From Microcystis aeruginosa NIES-2549 (GTDB lineage Bacteria > Cyanobacteriota > Cyanobacteriia > Cyanobacteriales > Microcystaceae), in NCBI RefSeq assembly GCF_000981785.2, contig NZ_CP011304.1, forward strand, positions 1,920,001-1,952,000: a DNA stretch of 32,000 nt. Direction: 5' to 3'. The stretch's first letter is position 1. Every line of letters starts with the position of its first letter. A model generated the notes under the pieces. The model was not told the origin of the DNA. It saw only the letters and a program-made list of their open reading frames with translations, and did no database searches. The translations under genes and the position numbers were made by a program. Positions 1-8,644 of this stretch are shown one piece after another.

Positions 1-1
1 G

Positions 2-763
2 GATTTTGTTTATCAACCTCCCCCGGCAGCTATCACAGCTAAACGTATTTTAATTAAACCTAATTTAGGTTATCCTGTGCCACCACCAGTAACGGTTAGT
101 TTGCCGGTATTAACTGGAGTTTTGCGGGGATTGAGAGGGGTAAATCCAGGGGCAGAAATTATCTTGGTAGAGGGAGTATGTTCGGCTATTTCTTTGAGAG
201 AAATTATCGATATTTTGGGCGTAAAATCTATTCTCGATCCTGGAATAACTATTCTTGATGCTGATAGTTTACCTCAGCAAGAATATCCGAATCTTTCCCC
301 TTTTCCTGTCCGTTTTCCCTCGATGTTTGCCCCTAAAATTATCGAAGAAGTGGATTGTCGGATCACGATTGGAACCTTAAAACGCACCCATTTAAAGGAT
401 AAACCCCTGATTTCTGCTTCTTTAAAAAATCTCTATGGACTCTTTCCCCGTAGTCATTATAAAGCGCGTAGTCCTAACTCGCGGGGGCAATTACATCGCC
501 CCTCCGTACCGCTAATTTTACAGGATGTTTATTTTTGTATCGGTCATCTTTTTGATGGGGCAGTGGTGGACGCTAATCTCAAATATTTTAGTAGTAATTG
601 GCGACCGGATCGAGGAAAATCTATTCCTCTCGGTCAAGTATTTTGGGGTGATGATATGATTAGCGTGGATCGCAGTGCTTGCCTCTTGGGTGATGAACCG
701 ATGCCGAGTTATTTAGATGCGATCGATTTGCTTCGTTCTCAACTTTTAAACGGAACCAATTAG
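2..763 (+). CDS. DUF362-like domain protein, 5'-partial (runs off the window start)
   Basis: The frame stays open from base 2. Codons upstream of the listed GTG read ...AKRILIKPNLGYPVPPP, which looks like a DUF362 N-terminus. Stop is at 761-763. Family assignment is from memory of the motif only. Confidence 0.6.
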   Translation, partial: DFVYQPPPAAITAKRILIKPNLGYPVPPPVTVSLPVLTGVLRGLRGVNPGAEIILVEGVCSAISLREIIDILGVKSILDPGITILDADSLPQQEYPNLSPFPVRFPSMFAPKIIEEVDCRITIGTLKRTHLKDKPLISASLKNLYGLFPRSHYKARSPNSRGQLHRPSVPLILQDVYFCIGHLFDGAVVDANLKYFSSNWRPDRGKSIPLGQVFWGDDMISVDRSACLLGDEPMPSYLDAIDLLRSQLLNGTN

Positions 764-913
764 GGTTAATAATTCTTGGCTAAAATAGGCAAACACTTGT
801 ATTAAATAAGCTCTGGCTTATTATTTCTACTGCAAAGCCTTCCGCTCCTAGGCTGACATGACGCTAAAATCCTGTTTAAAAAATATACAGGAGAGTGGGG
901 ATCACCGGAGCGG

Positions 914-943
914 GGTAGGGTTGATTCATGAATCAACCCTACC
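914..943. repeat. Perfect 30-bp palindrome (REP-like): ggtagggttgattca|tgaatcaaccctacc
   Basis: Read directly: the two 15-nt arms are exact reverse complements. An extra right-arm copy (ttgaatcaacctac, 944-957) follows, and a half-site ggtagggtttga lies at ~1014-1025. A related hairpin is at 8607-8629. Confidence 0.8.
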
Positions 944-1099
944 TTGAATCAACCTACTATGAGAGCGGAGGGGGGGAACAGTCCATAACTGGGTTTTTAT
1001 GGAAGGGAGCGCGGTAGGGTTTGACATTCTCAAAGATTAACCAATTGTCGGTTAAAGCAACTGCTCTTTAGGTTGCCCAAAACCCCCCTCGGTGAGCGG

Positions 1100-1450
1100 T
1101 TATGCGTCTATCCAGATGCTGCCGTCTTCGATGCGAAGGGGATAAACGGGTAAAGCTTGGGGTTGAGAAACTGCCGCCATCGCTTTGTTAACCACAGGGG
1201 GCCAGGTAATCCAGTCCTTGACAGCACCAGTACAGAGATCAAAAGAACTACGATGCCAGGGACAAACGATCGCGCCGTCCTCGCTAATTTTGCCTTTCGT
1301 CATCGATAATTTTAAATGAGGACAACGATTACCGACGGCGTGGAATTGACCGTTATTGTTAATCAAGAGAATGGAATTTTCCCCCACTTTTACCACTTGA
1401 CGGGCGCCGGGGGCAAGGGAATCTACAGATAGTACTTTTGTCCAACTCAT
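1100..1450 (-). CDS. Rieske [2Fe-2S] domain protein (small soluble ferredoxin-type)
   Basis: 116 aa with the Rieske ligand motifs CPH (..NRCPHLKLS..) and CPWH (..IVCPWHRSSF..) at canonical spacing. It lies 8 nt downstream of the preceding co-directional ORF. Confidence 0.85.
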   Translation of the reverse strand: MSWTKVLSVDSLAPGARQVVKVGENSILLINNNGQFHAVGNRCPHLKLSMTKGKISEDGAIVCPWHRSSFDLCTGAVKDWITWPPVVNKAMAAVSQPQALPVYPLRIEDGSIWIDA

Positions 1451-1458
1451 ATTTTTAT

Positions 1459-2040
1459 TTAACTAAGGGAGAGATCGAGAATGGTTTCGGGGTAATTTTG
1501 GGCAATAATATCCTGTTTAGCCCATTGTTGGTAATCTTGCAACAATTGACTCATTAAACGCTGTTTAATCCGCAATAAAACCCCTTTTAGGAGACTATTG
1601 CCGGTGATTTCTAACAACGGACGCGGGGTTAACCATAATGGCGGTGGTAGGGCGACTTTCACCTCAAGATTGGCTTTCCCCGCTAGATAGGTTTGATTAT
1701 TTTTTTCCACCGGAGCGAGTTTGCCTTGAACATTGAGGCTAAAGCGATCGTTGATATAATCAATACCTTTGATCTGACAGTCTTCTGATTGCAAAAATAC
1801 CGTCCCCCCAGAGGTGGCCCAGACATTGAGAATAACTGTGGGCTGAAAATAGTACAGATCCAAGAAGTTGAGGGGACGCATTTTTAGGCGAAACCGATTC
1901 TCAGACAAGTGTTCTGTTAAGCTAGTCTCAACGATAGCCTGTACTAATCTTTGCGGTTGGCGCAGATAATGCTGAATCGGGATGGTTTGTTCAGCAACAA
2001 AAATTTCTAGGGATTCGGCAGCGGTAAAAGTTACTTCCAT
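1459..2040 (-). CDS. DUF1997-like conserved cyanobacterial/plastid protein
   Basis: 193-aa ORF with clean codon structure, tightly coupled to the Rieske gene. The N-terminus (TFTAAESLEIFV..IPIQHYLRQPQRLVQAI) resembles DUF1997. Family call is from memory. Confidence 0.6.
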   Translation of the reverse strand: MEVTFTAAESLEIFVAEQTIPIQHYLRQPQRLVQAIVETSLTEHLSENRFRLKMRPLNFLDLYYFQPTVILNVWATSGGTVFLQSEDCQIKGIDYINDRFSLNVQGKLAPVEKNNQTYLAGKANLEVKVALPPPLWLTPRPLLEITGNSLLKGVLLRIKQRLMSQLLQDYQQWAKQDIIAQNYPETILDLSLS

Positions 2041-2258
2041 AAGTTGGCCATCTTAAATTTGTCTCCCTTCTTAATTTTACTTTACAAAACTTATACTCTT
2101 CGACGGTCCAGATGTAGAAATTTTATCGCTAAGAGGGGACACAAACCAGATTTTTGCCCAAAGTTAGGCCTTTTTCAGTGATCAGCGCTCAGTTAAGCTA
2201 AGACGTATTTAAACTGCTTATTCTTCGATTAGCCGAATCTCCTCCAATCCCTTTACTG

Positions 2259-2286
2259 TTGCCTCTTGCCTCTTGCCTCTTGCCTC
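2259..2286 (+). repeat. Tandem heptamer array TTGCCTC x4
   Basis: Four perfect consecutive copies read directly, about 150 nt upstream of the receiver gene start. Confidence 0.9.
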
Positions 2287-2435
2287 GTCTCAACAAGCAA
2301 TTTAAATTACGAACAGCTTATCAGTGGGGGGTTTTAAGGATGGGGAAGTGGGGTGATGAGAAGTGTCCTGAAGTGAAGACCAAAAGACCAACAGCCCCTA
2401 CAATGATAAGAAGTGAGACCGCCAAGTATAGGAAA

Positions 2436-2861
2436 ATGATTATAATGAAGCCGATAGAACCAATTAAAGTTTTAATTGCCGACGATCACGAGCTAACTTG
2501 TTTAGGACTCAAGATTTTAATTTCCAAGCAGCAGCATTGTCAGGTGGTGGGAATTGCGGTTAATGGTCAACAGGCGATCGACTTGGCGAAAAGTTGTCAA
2601 CCAGATGTAATTATTTTAGATATACGGATGCCTGTCTTAGATGGACACAGCGCCGCTATTCAGATCAAACGATTTGACCCTTATGTCCGCATTATCGCCT
2701 ATAGTTCCTTGGCAAATCTTCCAATGGAAAAAAATAATCAAAGTACAGCCTTTGACCTATACTGCTCTAAAGATATATCTTCCCAAGATCTGATCAAAGC
2801 GATCGATGACTTGGGAAAATTAGCACAATCGGACAAATCTCAATTCCGTCGAGTCGGATAG
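2436..2861 (+). CDS. Stand-alone response-regulator receiver domain (CheY-like, no output domain)
   Basis: Receiver signature is intact: acidic pair (LIADDHE), phospho-acceptor Asp (VIILDIRMP), Ser (IIAYSS) and Lys (YCSKD). The listed ORF starts at 2259, but its first ~60 codons run through a TTGCCTC repeat and G-runs. ATG 2436 (or 2445), preceded by AGGAAA, is more plausible. Confidence 0.8.
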   Translation: MIIMKPIEPIKVLIADDHELTCLGLKILISKQQHCQVVGIAVNGQQAIDLAKSCQPDVIILDIRMPVLDGHSAAIQIKRFDPYVRIIAYSSLANLPMEKNNQSTAFDLYCSKDISSQDLIKAIDDLGKLAQSDKSQFRRVG

Positions 2862-3044
2862 TTAACTAAGTTTTTCTTCAGGAAAAGTTGCTTGAAACTC
2901 ATCGAGTAATTCATCCAACTCCTCAAGAGCTTGATTAACATCTAATCTCAGTCCCCCAATGTCGGGTTTATCGCGCAATTGCAGTAAATAATCGCGTTTA
3001 TTAGCCATTTGTTGCACTTTATCGATCAAGCTGGTTTTATCCAT
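2862..3044 (-). CDS. Small acidic helical hypothetical protein (60 aa)
   Basis: ORF with helix-like heptad pattern (..LDVNQALEELDELLDEFQATFPEE..). Its stop codon directly abuts the stop of the convergent receiver gene. No family recognised. Confidence 0.45.
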   Translation of the reverse strand: MDKTSLIDKVQQMANKRDYLLQLRDKPDIGGLRLDVNQALEELDELLDEFQATFPEEKLS

Positions 3045-3198
3045 AATTCACCCTCTGGTACTGACTGCGATTATATCTCAGTCAGCCCCTATCAGTGGAT
3101 CTGCTCCAAAAATCAAAAATCTTCTCTTGGGTGAGGAGACAGGAGGTTCCCAGGCTCTCTTGGGTTTGGTGGGTAAAATGTGTTCTAAGATATAGTCT

Positions 3199-3295
3199 GG
3201 CGAGCAAGTGGAATGAACCACAGAGACACAAAGGACACAAAGATCGCTCCTATACAAGTTAAACTGATCACACAAAGAATAAGAGAGCCACTCCG
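3199..3295 (+). repeat. CA-rich intergenic module, copy A (paralogous to 15901-16000)
   Basis: The core 3224-3290 aligns to 15927-15997 with 61 of 67 aligned positions identical plus one 4-nt indel (hand alignment). Both copies begin with GGCGA. Confidence 0.75.
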
Positions 3296-3327
3296 ACAGA
3301 GGAGGATAAAAAAGACAAGAGACAGCT

Positions 3328-3369
3328 AACTGATAACTGATAACTGATAACTGATAACTGATAACTGAT
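3328..3369 (+). repeat. Tandem heptamer array AACTGAT x6 (perfect)
   Basis: Counted base by base. It ends 6 nt before the hyuB-type ATG (3376). Confidence 0.95.
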
Positions 3370-3375
3370 TTTCCT

Positions 3376-4947
3376 ATGTTCCCTCTCAATTCTCACCGCA
3401 CAGAAATAACTACCGTTGCCGATCCTATTTATCTAGAAATATTTAAAAATCTCTATCAATTTATTGCCGAAGAAATGGGGATTACTCTGCAAAATACGGC
3501 AGCAAGTGTCAATATTAAAGAGCGCCTAGACTTCTCCTGTGCTATCTTTGATGAGGTGGGAAATTTAATCGCTAATGCTCCTCATATTCCCGTCCATTTA
3601 GGCTCTATGGCCGATAGTGTTAAAAGTTTAATTCAGGATAAAGGTGAGACGATTCGTCCGGGGAATGTTTATCTGGCTAATAATCCTTATAATGGCGGTA
3701 CTCACCTGCCAGATGTCACCGTAATTAGCCCTATTTTTGACCGCCAAAATCAGGAAATATTATTTTATCTTGCCTCCCGGGGACATCAAGCTGATATCGG
3801 TGGCATTACCCCCGGTTCTATGCCTCCCCACTCTGTCCATATTAGCGAAGAAGGAATTTTATTCGATAACTTTTTGCTGGTAGCGGCGGGACAGTTTCGG
3901 GAACAAGAATTAATTAATCACTTAACTAATAGTCCTTTTCCTGCACGCAATATCGCCCAAAATATTGCCGATTTTCAAGCACAAATAGCCGCTAATGCCA
4001 AGGGGGAAAAAGAATTACATAATATGGTTAATCGCTACGGATTAGCTATGGTTAAAGCCTATCAACAGTTCGTTCAAGATAATGCGGAATTAGCGGTTAG
4101 AAAAGCTATATCTGTCCTGAAAGATGGTGAATTTACCTATTATCTGGATAACGGTGCTGTCATCAAGGTTAAAATCAGCATAGATATTGATAATTGTCAA
4201 GCAACCATTGATTTTACTGGCACATCTGACCAGTTAAATAATAACTTTAATGCACCCCTGGCAGTGACAAGAGCGGCGGTTTTATACGTTTTTCGTACCC
4301 TTGTGGAGGAGGCAATTCCTTTAAATGCTGGCTGTTTTAAACCCCTCCATTTAATTATCCCGTCTGGCTGTTTTCTTAATCCCGTTTATCCAGCGGCCGT
4401 GGTAGCGGGAAATGTGGAAACTTCCCAGGCAATAGTTAATGCTTTATACGGTGCTTTAGGCGTTCAAGCCGCCAGCCAAGGGACGATGAATAATTTCACT
4501 TTTGGCAATCAAGAATATCAATATTATGAGACTATTTGTGGCGGTTCTGGTGCGGGGGCAAATTTTGCGGGAACTGCTGCCGTGCAAACCCAGATGACTA
4601 ATTCCCGTCTCACCGATCCGGAAGTATTAGAAATGCGCTATCCTGTGTTAGTAGAAAGTTTTAGCATTCGCCCCGATAGTGGCGGTAAGGGACAATATTC
4701 TGGAGGTGATGGTGTGATTAGAAGAATTAAATTTCAAGAGGCGATGACTGCTAATATTTTATCGGGTAATCGCCTAATTCCCCCCTTTGGACTGGCGGGA
4801 GGAAAAGCCGGTAAAATAGGACGTAATGCCGTGGAAAGAAACGATGGAACTATCGAAGAATTGCCCGGGACTGCGACTGTAGAAATGAACCTTGGTGATA
4901 TTTTTATTATTGAAACCCCCGGCGGTGGTGGCTATGGAAATTGTTGA
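3376..4947 (+). CDS. Hydantoinase B / 5-oxoprolinase B-type subunit (HyuB family)
   Basis: 523 aa. The N-terminus DPIYLEIFKNLYQFIAEEMG.. and the motifs ..NNPYNGGTHLPDVTV.. and ..GGSGAG.. are characteristic of HyuB/oxoprolinase. Confidence 0.9.
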   Translation: MFPLNSHRTEITTVADPIYLEIFKNLYQFIAEEMGITLQNTAASVNIKERLDFSCAIFDEVGNLIANAPHIPVHLGSMADSVKSLIQDKGETIRPGNVYLANNPYNGGTHLPDVTVISPIFDRQNQEILFYLASRGHQADIGGITPGSMPPHSVHISEEGILFDNFLLVAAGQFREQELINHLTNSPFPARNIAQNIADFQAQIAANAKGEKELHNMVNRYGLAMVKAYQQFVQDNAELAVRKAISVLKDGEFTYYLDNGAVIKVKISIDIDNCQATIDFTGTSDQLNNNFNAPLAVTRAAVLYVFRTLVEEAIPLNAGCFKPLHLIIPSGCFLNPVYPAAVVAGNVETSQAIVNALYGALGVQAASQGTMNNFTFGNQEYQYYETICGGSGAGANFAGTAAVQTQMTNSRLTDPEVLEMRYPVLVESFSIRPDSGGKGQYSGGDGVIRRIKFQEAMTANILSGNRLIPPFGLAGGKAGKIGRNAVERNDGTIEELPGTATVEMNLGDIFIIETPGGGGYGNC

Positions 4948-4979
4948 ACGATAATTTTAATTAAGTACCTAAGCAAAAT

Positions 4980-5050
4980 TAAGTAAGTGGTTATAATTAA
5001 ATTAAAGATGGATCCCCCCTTAATCCCCCCTTAATAAGGGGGGTGTCTGA
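4980..5050 (+). mobile_element. MITE-like element, internally deleted copy
   Basis: It shares taagta(a/g)(c/g)tggttataattaaattaaa.atggat.. and ..tccccccttaataaggggggtgtctga with the full copies at 10854-10996 and 19861-20014. Confidence 0.6.
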
Positions 5051-5068
5051 CGATTTACTGATTAATTT

Positions 5069-6115
5069 ATGACAATTATCTTAGCGATCGAAACCAGTTG
5101 CGATGAAACTGCTGTGGCTATTGTTAACAATAACCATGTGTTGAGTAGTGTAGTTTTTTCTCAAATTGATCTCCATCGTCTCTATGGTGGTGTTGTGCCA
5201 GAAATGGCCTCGCGACAACACCTAGAAACCATTAATTTTTGTCTAGAAAAAGCTTGGCAAGAAACGGGGTTAAATTGGTCAGAAATTGATGGAATAGCGG
5301 CCACAGTTGCCCCCGGTTTAGTAGGTGCTTTAATGGTGGGAATGACGGCAGCCAAAACCCTCGCTATTGTCCACGATAAACCCTTTATCGGCATTCATCA
5401 TCTCGAAGGTCATATCTATGCTTCCTATCTCGCTGAATCTGATCTTAAACCTCCTTTTTTATCTCTTTTAGTCTCCGGGGGTCATACCAGTTTAATCCAT
5501 GTGCAGGCCTGCGGTAAATATCAACAATTAGGAACCACTAGAGATGATGCAGCCGGAGAAGCTTTTGATAAAGTGGCACGATTATTAAACTTAAGTTATC
5601 CGGGTGGTCCGATCATCGATCGCATGGCTAAAGATGGTAATCCCCAAGCTTTTCCCTTACCTGAAGGTAAAATATCTTTACCAACCGGCGGTTTTCATGC
5701 CTACGATTCCAGTTTTAGTGGTTTAAAAACTGCTGTTTTGCGCTTAGTAGAGAAATTCGAGCCAGATAATTTACCCGTAGCTGATATAGCCGCTAGTTTT
5801 CAAGATACGGTAGCCAGAAGTTTAACCCGTCGGACTATCAATTGTGCCTTAGATTATGGCTTAAAAACTATCGCGATCGGGGGAGGAGTGGCGGCTAATA
5901 GTGCCTTGAGAAATCATCTGGAAACTGCCGCCAAAAATCATCATTTAACCGTCTATTTTCCGCCGCTTAAACTCTGTACCGATAACGCCGCTATGATTGC
6001 TCGCGCTGCGGTTGATCATTATGATCTGGGTCATTTTTCTGACCTTTCCCTCGGTGTTCGTTCCCGTTTACCTTTAAGCGAAGTTATGCAATTATATAAT
6101 ACGTCAGATTTTTAG
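5069..6115 (+). CDS. tsaD: tRNA N6-adenosine threonylcarbamoyltransferase
   Basis: 348 aa with [19 protein letters not shown].., ..HHLEGHI.., ..LLVSGGHT.. and ..CTDNAAMIA.. . These are classic Kae1/TsaD (Gcp) motifs. Confidence 0.95.
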   Translation: MTIILAIETSCDETAVAIVNNNHVLSSVVFSQIDLHRLYGGVVPEMASRQHLETINFCLEKAWQETGLNWSEIDGIAATVAPGLVGALMVGMTAAKTLAIVHDKPFIGIHHLEGHIYASYLAESDLKPPFLSLLVSGGHTSLIHVQACGKYQQLGTTRDDAAGEAFDKVARLLNLSYPGGPIIDRMAKDGNPQAFPLPEGKISLPTGGFHAYDSSFSGLKTAVLRLVEKFEPDNLPVADIAASFQDTVARSLTRRTINCALDYGLKTIAIGGGVAANSALRNHLETAAKNHHLTVYFPPLKLCTDNAAMIARAAVDHYDLGHFSDLSLGVRSRLPLSEVMQLYNTSDF

Positions 6116-6180
6116 CTATCAGCCGTCAGTATTCAGAATTGAGGAGATTGCTTTTATCTATTCTCCCCGTCTCCCCACTT

Positions 6181-6208
6181 CATAATTCATAATTGATAAT
6201 TTATAATG
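6181..6208 (+). repeat. Tandem heptamer array (C/G/T)ATAAT(T/G) x4 containing the truB start codon
   Basis: cataatt cataatt gataatt tataatg. The final ATG (6206-6208) is the truB initiation codon. Confidence 0.85.
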
Positions 6209-7087
6209 TTTGGCTTTTTAAATCTCAATAAACCCCCCGATTGGACTTCTCACGATTGCGTGGCCAAAGTCCGAAAAATTCTTAAGACAAAACGAGTCGG
6301 CCATGGCGGAACTTTAGATCCTATGGCTACGGGAGTTTTACCGATCGCCGTCGGGGCTGCCACCCGATTACTGCCCTATTTACCTGAAAATAAGGCTTAT
6401 CGGGCAAAAATCCAGTTAGGACTCAGCACCGATACCGATGATATTACGGGAAAAGCGATCGCTACTTGTCCCTGTGCCGATTTAACTTTAGAGGCAGTTA
6501 AGCCTCATTTAGCGGAATTTATCGGTAATATCGCCCAGATTCCGCCGATGTATAGTGCTATTCAAAAGGATGGTCGCCGTCTCTACGAATTGGCTCGCAA
6601 AGGGGAAATAATCGCAGTGGAGCCTCGTCAGGTCAAAATTGACCAAATTACGGTTTTAGGCTGGTTAGAGGGCGAATTTCCGCAGATAGAGCTAGATATT
6701 CACTGTGGATCGGGGACTTATATCCGTTCCCTGGCCAGAGATTTGGGCAAGGTGTTAGCTGTGGGTGGCACTTTAGCCAGTTTAACTCGCACGGAAAGCT
6801 GTGGTTTTCAATTAGCTGATAGTATTAATCTGGAAGCTTTAATGGCTAATTCTGAGGGTTTAATTTCGCCTCGCATTGCCTTGGCGCATCTAGACTGGAT
6901 TTCTTTGACATCAGAGAGAGTTATCGATTGGTTTCACGGCAGAAAAATTAATCTAACCGATACAAATGTTATGATCGGTTCTCTGGTTGCTGTGGAGTCT
7001 TTAGAGGCTCAATTTCTCGGCATTGGTGAGATAGTTGTCCGAGAAGATGAATACTACCTACAGCCTAAAATAGTTATTCAGCAATAG
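6206..7087 (+). CDS. truB: tRNA pseudouridine(55) synthase
   Basis: 293 aa with GFLNLNKPPDWTSHDCV.., the catalytic ..GHGGTLDPMATGVLP.. and ..MYSAIQKDGRRLYELAR.. . Confidence 0.95.
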   Translation: MFGFLNLNKPPDWTSHDCVAKVRKILKTKRVGHGGTLDPMATGVLPIAVGAATRLLPYLPENKAYRAKIQLGLSTDTDDITGKAIATCPCADLTLEAVKPHLAEFIGNIAQIPPMYSAIQKDGRRLYELARKGEIIAVEPRQVKIDQITVLGWLEGEFPQIELDIHCGSGTYIRSLARDLGKVLAVGGTLASLTRTESCGFQLADSINLEALMANSEGLISPRIALAHLDWISLTSERVIDWFHGRKINLTDTNVMIGSLVAVESLEAQFLGIGEIVVREDEYYLQPKIVIQQ

Positions 7088-7138
7088 GGGTAATAATAAA
7101 CACTTTTTCTATATCTCAAGTATGCTTATCTGGACAAA

Positions 7139-7396
7139 CTAAGCTTTTTTATCAACAGTATAAACCCACTGATTATGATTTTTTTTGGCCACGACTTTTT
7201 TAGAAGCGACCAAAGATTTTAGACAAAGATTGAGCATAGAAACGGGACGATTTAAGCGCTCACTCAATTCTTGAACTGTGATTCCTTGGGGATAAAATTG
7301 CATAAGTTCAAAAATTTGTGCGCTAGTATTTAATCCTTTTGTGGGACTAATAATCTTGATAGCCAAGGCTAGTAATCGGGAGAAACGACAGGCCAT
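7139..7396 (-). CDS. Small winged-helix-like DNA-binding protein (hypothetical)
   Basis: 85 aa. The pattern ..IFELMQFYPQGITVQELSERLNRPVSMLNLCLKSLVASKKVVAK..WVY.. fits helix-turn-helix plus wing. The start codon is uncertain. Confidence 0.5.
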   Translation of the reverse strand: MACRFSRLLALAIKIISPTKGLNTSAQIFELMQFYPQGITVQELSERLNRPVSMLNLCLKSLVASKKVVAKKNHNQWVYTVDKKA

Positions 7397-7496
7397 TAGA
7401 CCCTTGTTTGTCGCTGCTTTGTTCCGATCAATCTAGCCTTTTTTTGAGAAGTTATTAGGGGTTAAAGTGTTAATAAAACCTTGACGAAAATAGAGA

Positions 7497-8543
7497 TTAA
7501 TTTGTTCCCATAATCTCTTGAATAGCAGATAAAAGGCGATCAATTTCCCCATCAGTGCCGATAGAAATCCGTACATAATTCTGAATGCGAGGATGTTTAA
7601 AATATCGCACTAATATCTGACGCTCTTTGAGTTGAGTATATAACTCACTGGCACTAATTTGGGGAGGAGAAGCGAGGATAAAATTAGCTTCCGAGTCAAA
7701 AACAATAAATCCCAACTCGCGCAGAGAAGTAATTAAACGGCTGCGGGTTTGACGGACTTTTTGCCAAACTTGCTCAAAATAATTATGTTGTTTTAAAGCT
7801 GCTGTGGCTAAAGTTTGAGCGATGCGATCTAAATTATAGGAATCACGCACCTTATCCATCTGTTCGATAATTGCCCTGGAAGCAAAACCGAAACCGACTC
7901 TTAACCCCGCTAAACTATAACTTTTCGACATAGTGCGACTAATGATGACATTATCGTAACGGGAGAGAAAATCGAGATGATTGTCATCACTAAAATCCAC
8001 ATAAGCTTCATCAATTAATACCAATCCCGAGGCATTAGCACAGGTTGCTTCTAAATAGTCGCGATCAAGATGTTTACCGAGGGGAGGATTAGGAGAAGCT
8101 AGAAAAATTAATTTAGCTTCCGGACAAATAATCGGTCCTGCTAATGCAAATTGATCATTAGTGGGAAATTGGATAATATTTGCCCCGTGTACCCGAGCAA
8201 TTGTCTCGTAAAGGGAATAGGTTAAATCCAAAAAAGCGACACTTTCGCCAGGGTTAACAAAAGTTCGCAGGGCGATATTAAGGATATCATCGGAGCCATT
8301 ACCCGCGATTATCTGATCGGCTGTTATGCCGTATAATTCCGCCGCCGTTTGCCGTAACTCTTTGGAGATAGGATCGGGATAGAGTCGGACTTTCTCTAAT
8401 TGCTCTTGCAGGTGGGCAAAAATTTCCGCCGGTGGGGGATAGGGATTCTCATTGGTGTTAAGTTTGGTAAATCCGGCGCTTTGGGGCTGTTCTCCCGGAG
8501 TATAAGCGGGGGTTTGACGAACACAATCGCGTGTAGGTAGCAT
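7497..8543 (-). CDS. hisC: Histidinol-phosphate aminotransferase
   Basis: 348 aa, class-II aminotransferase. It has ..LNTNENPYPPP.. near the N-terminus and the PLP-lysine motif ..SRTMSKSYSLAGLRVGF.. . Confidence 0.93.
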   Translation of the reverse strand: MLPTRDCVRQTPAYTPGEQPQSAGFTKLNTNENPYPPPAEIFAHLQEQLEKVRLYPDPISKELRQTAAELYGITADQIIAGNGSDDILNIALRTFVNPGESVAFLDLTYSLYETIARVHGANIIQFPTNDQFALAGPIICPEAKLIFLASPNPPLGKHLDRDYLEATCANASGLVLIDEAYVDFSDDNHLDFLSRYDNVIISRTMSKSYSLAGLRVGFGFASRAIIEQMDKVRDSYNLDRIAQTLATAALKQHNYFEQVWQKVRQTRSRLITSLRELGFIVFDSEANFILASPPQISASELYTQLKERQILVRYFKHPRIQNYVRISIGTDGEIDRLLSAIQEIMGTN

Positions 8544-8606
8544 GAACTCTCTGGGGCGGCAATTTCTAGCAAGCCTTTTATTATAACAAATCCTCGCCGA
8601 TGATCG

Positions 8607-8629
8607 GGGGTTGAATAGATGTCAACCCC
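8607..8629 (-). other. Stem-loop ggggttga-N7-tcaacccc between ispG and hisC (REP-like; possible processing/terminator element)
   Basis: Perfect 8-bp stem 15 nt after the ispG stop. The right arm plus flank (tcaacccctacc) matches the arm of the 914-943 palindrome. No U-tract follows. Confidence 0.45.
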
Positions 8630-8644
8630 TACCGGTAAAACTAA

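Noticed and set aside
2326-2353. G-quadruplex upstream of the stand-alone receiver gene
   Set aside because: It has only three separated G tracts (G6, G4, G4), so it does not meet the four-tract definition, unlike 19065-19093.
2259-2435. N-terminal 59-codon extension of the receiver-domain ORF
   Set aside because: It is translated from the TTGCCTC x4 array (LASCLLPR..) and G-run sequence. The receiver fold begins only after M60/M63, so the start was moved to 2436.
3078-3389. 103-aa minus-strand ORF
   Set aside because: Its N-terminus is simply the open reading of the (ATCAGTT)n array (SVISYQLSVISYQL), and the rest runs through the CA-rich repeat module. It has low-complexity Cys/Ser/Leu composition and no start context. 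It is a repeat artefact.
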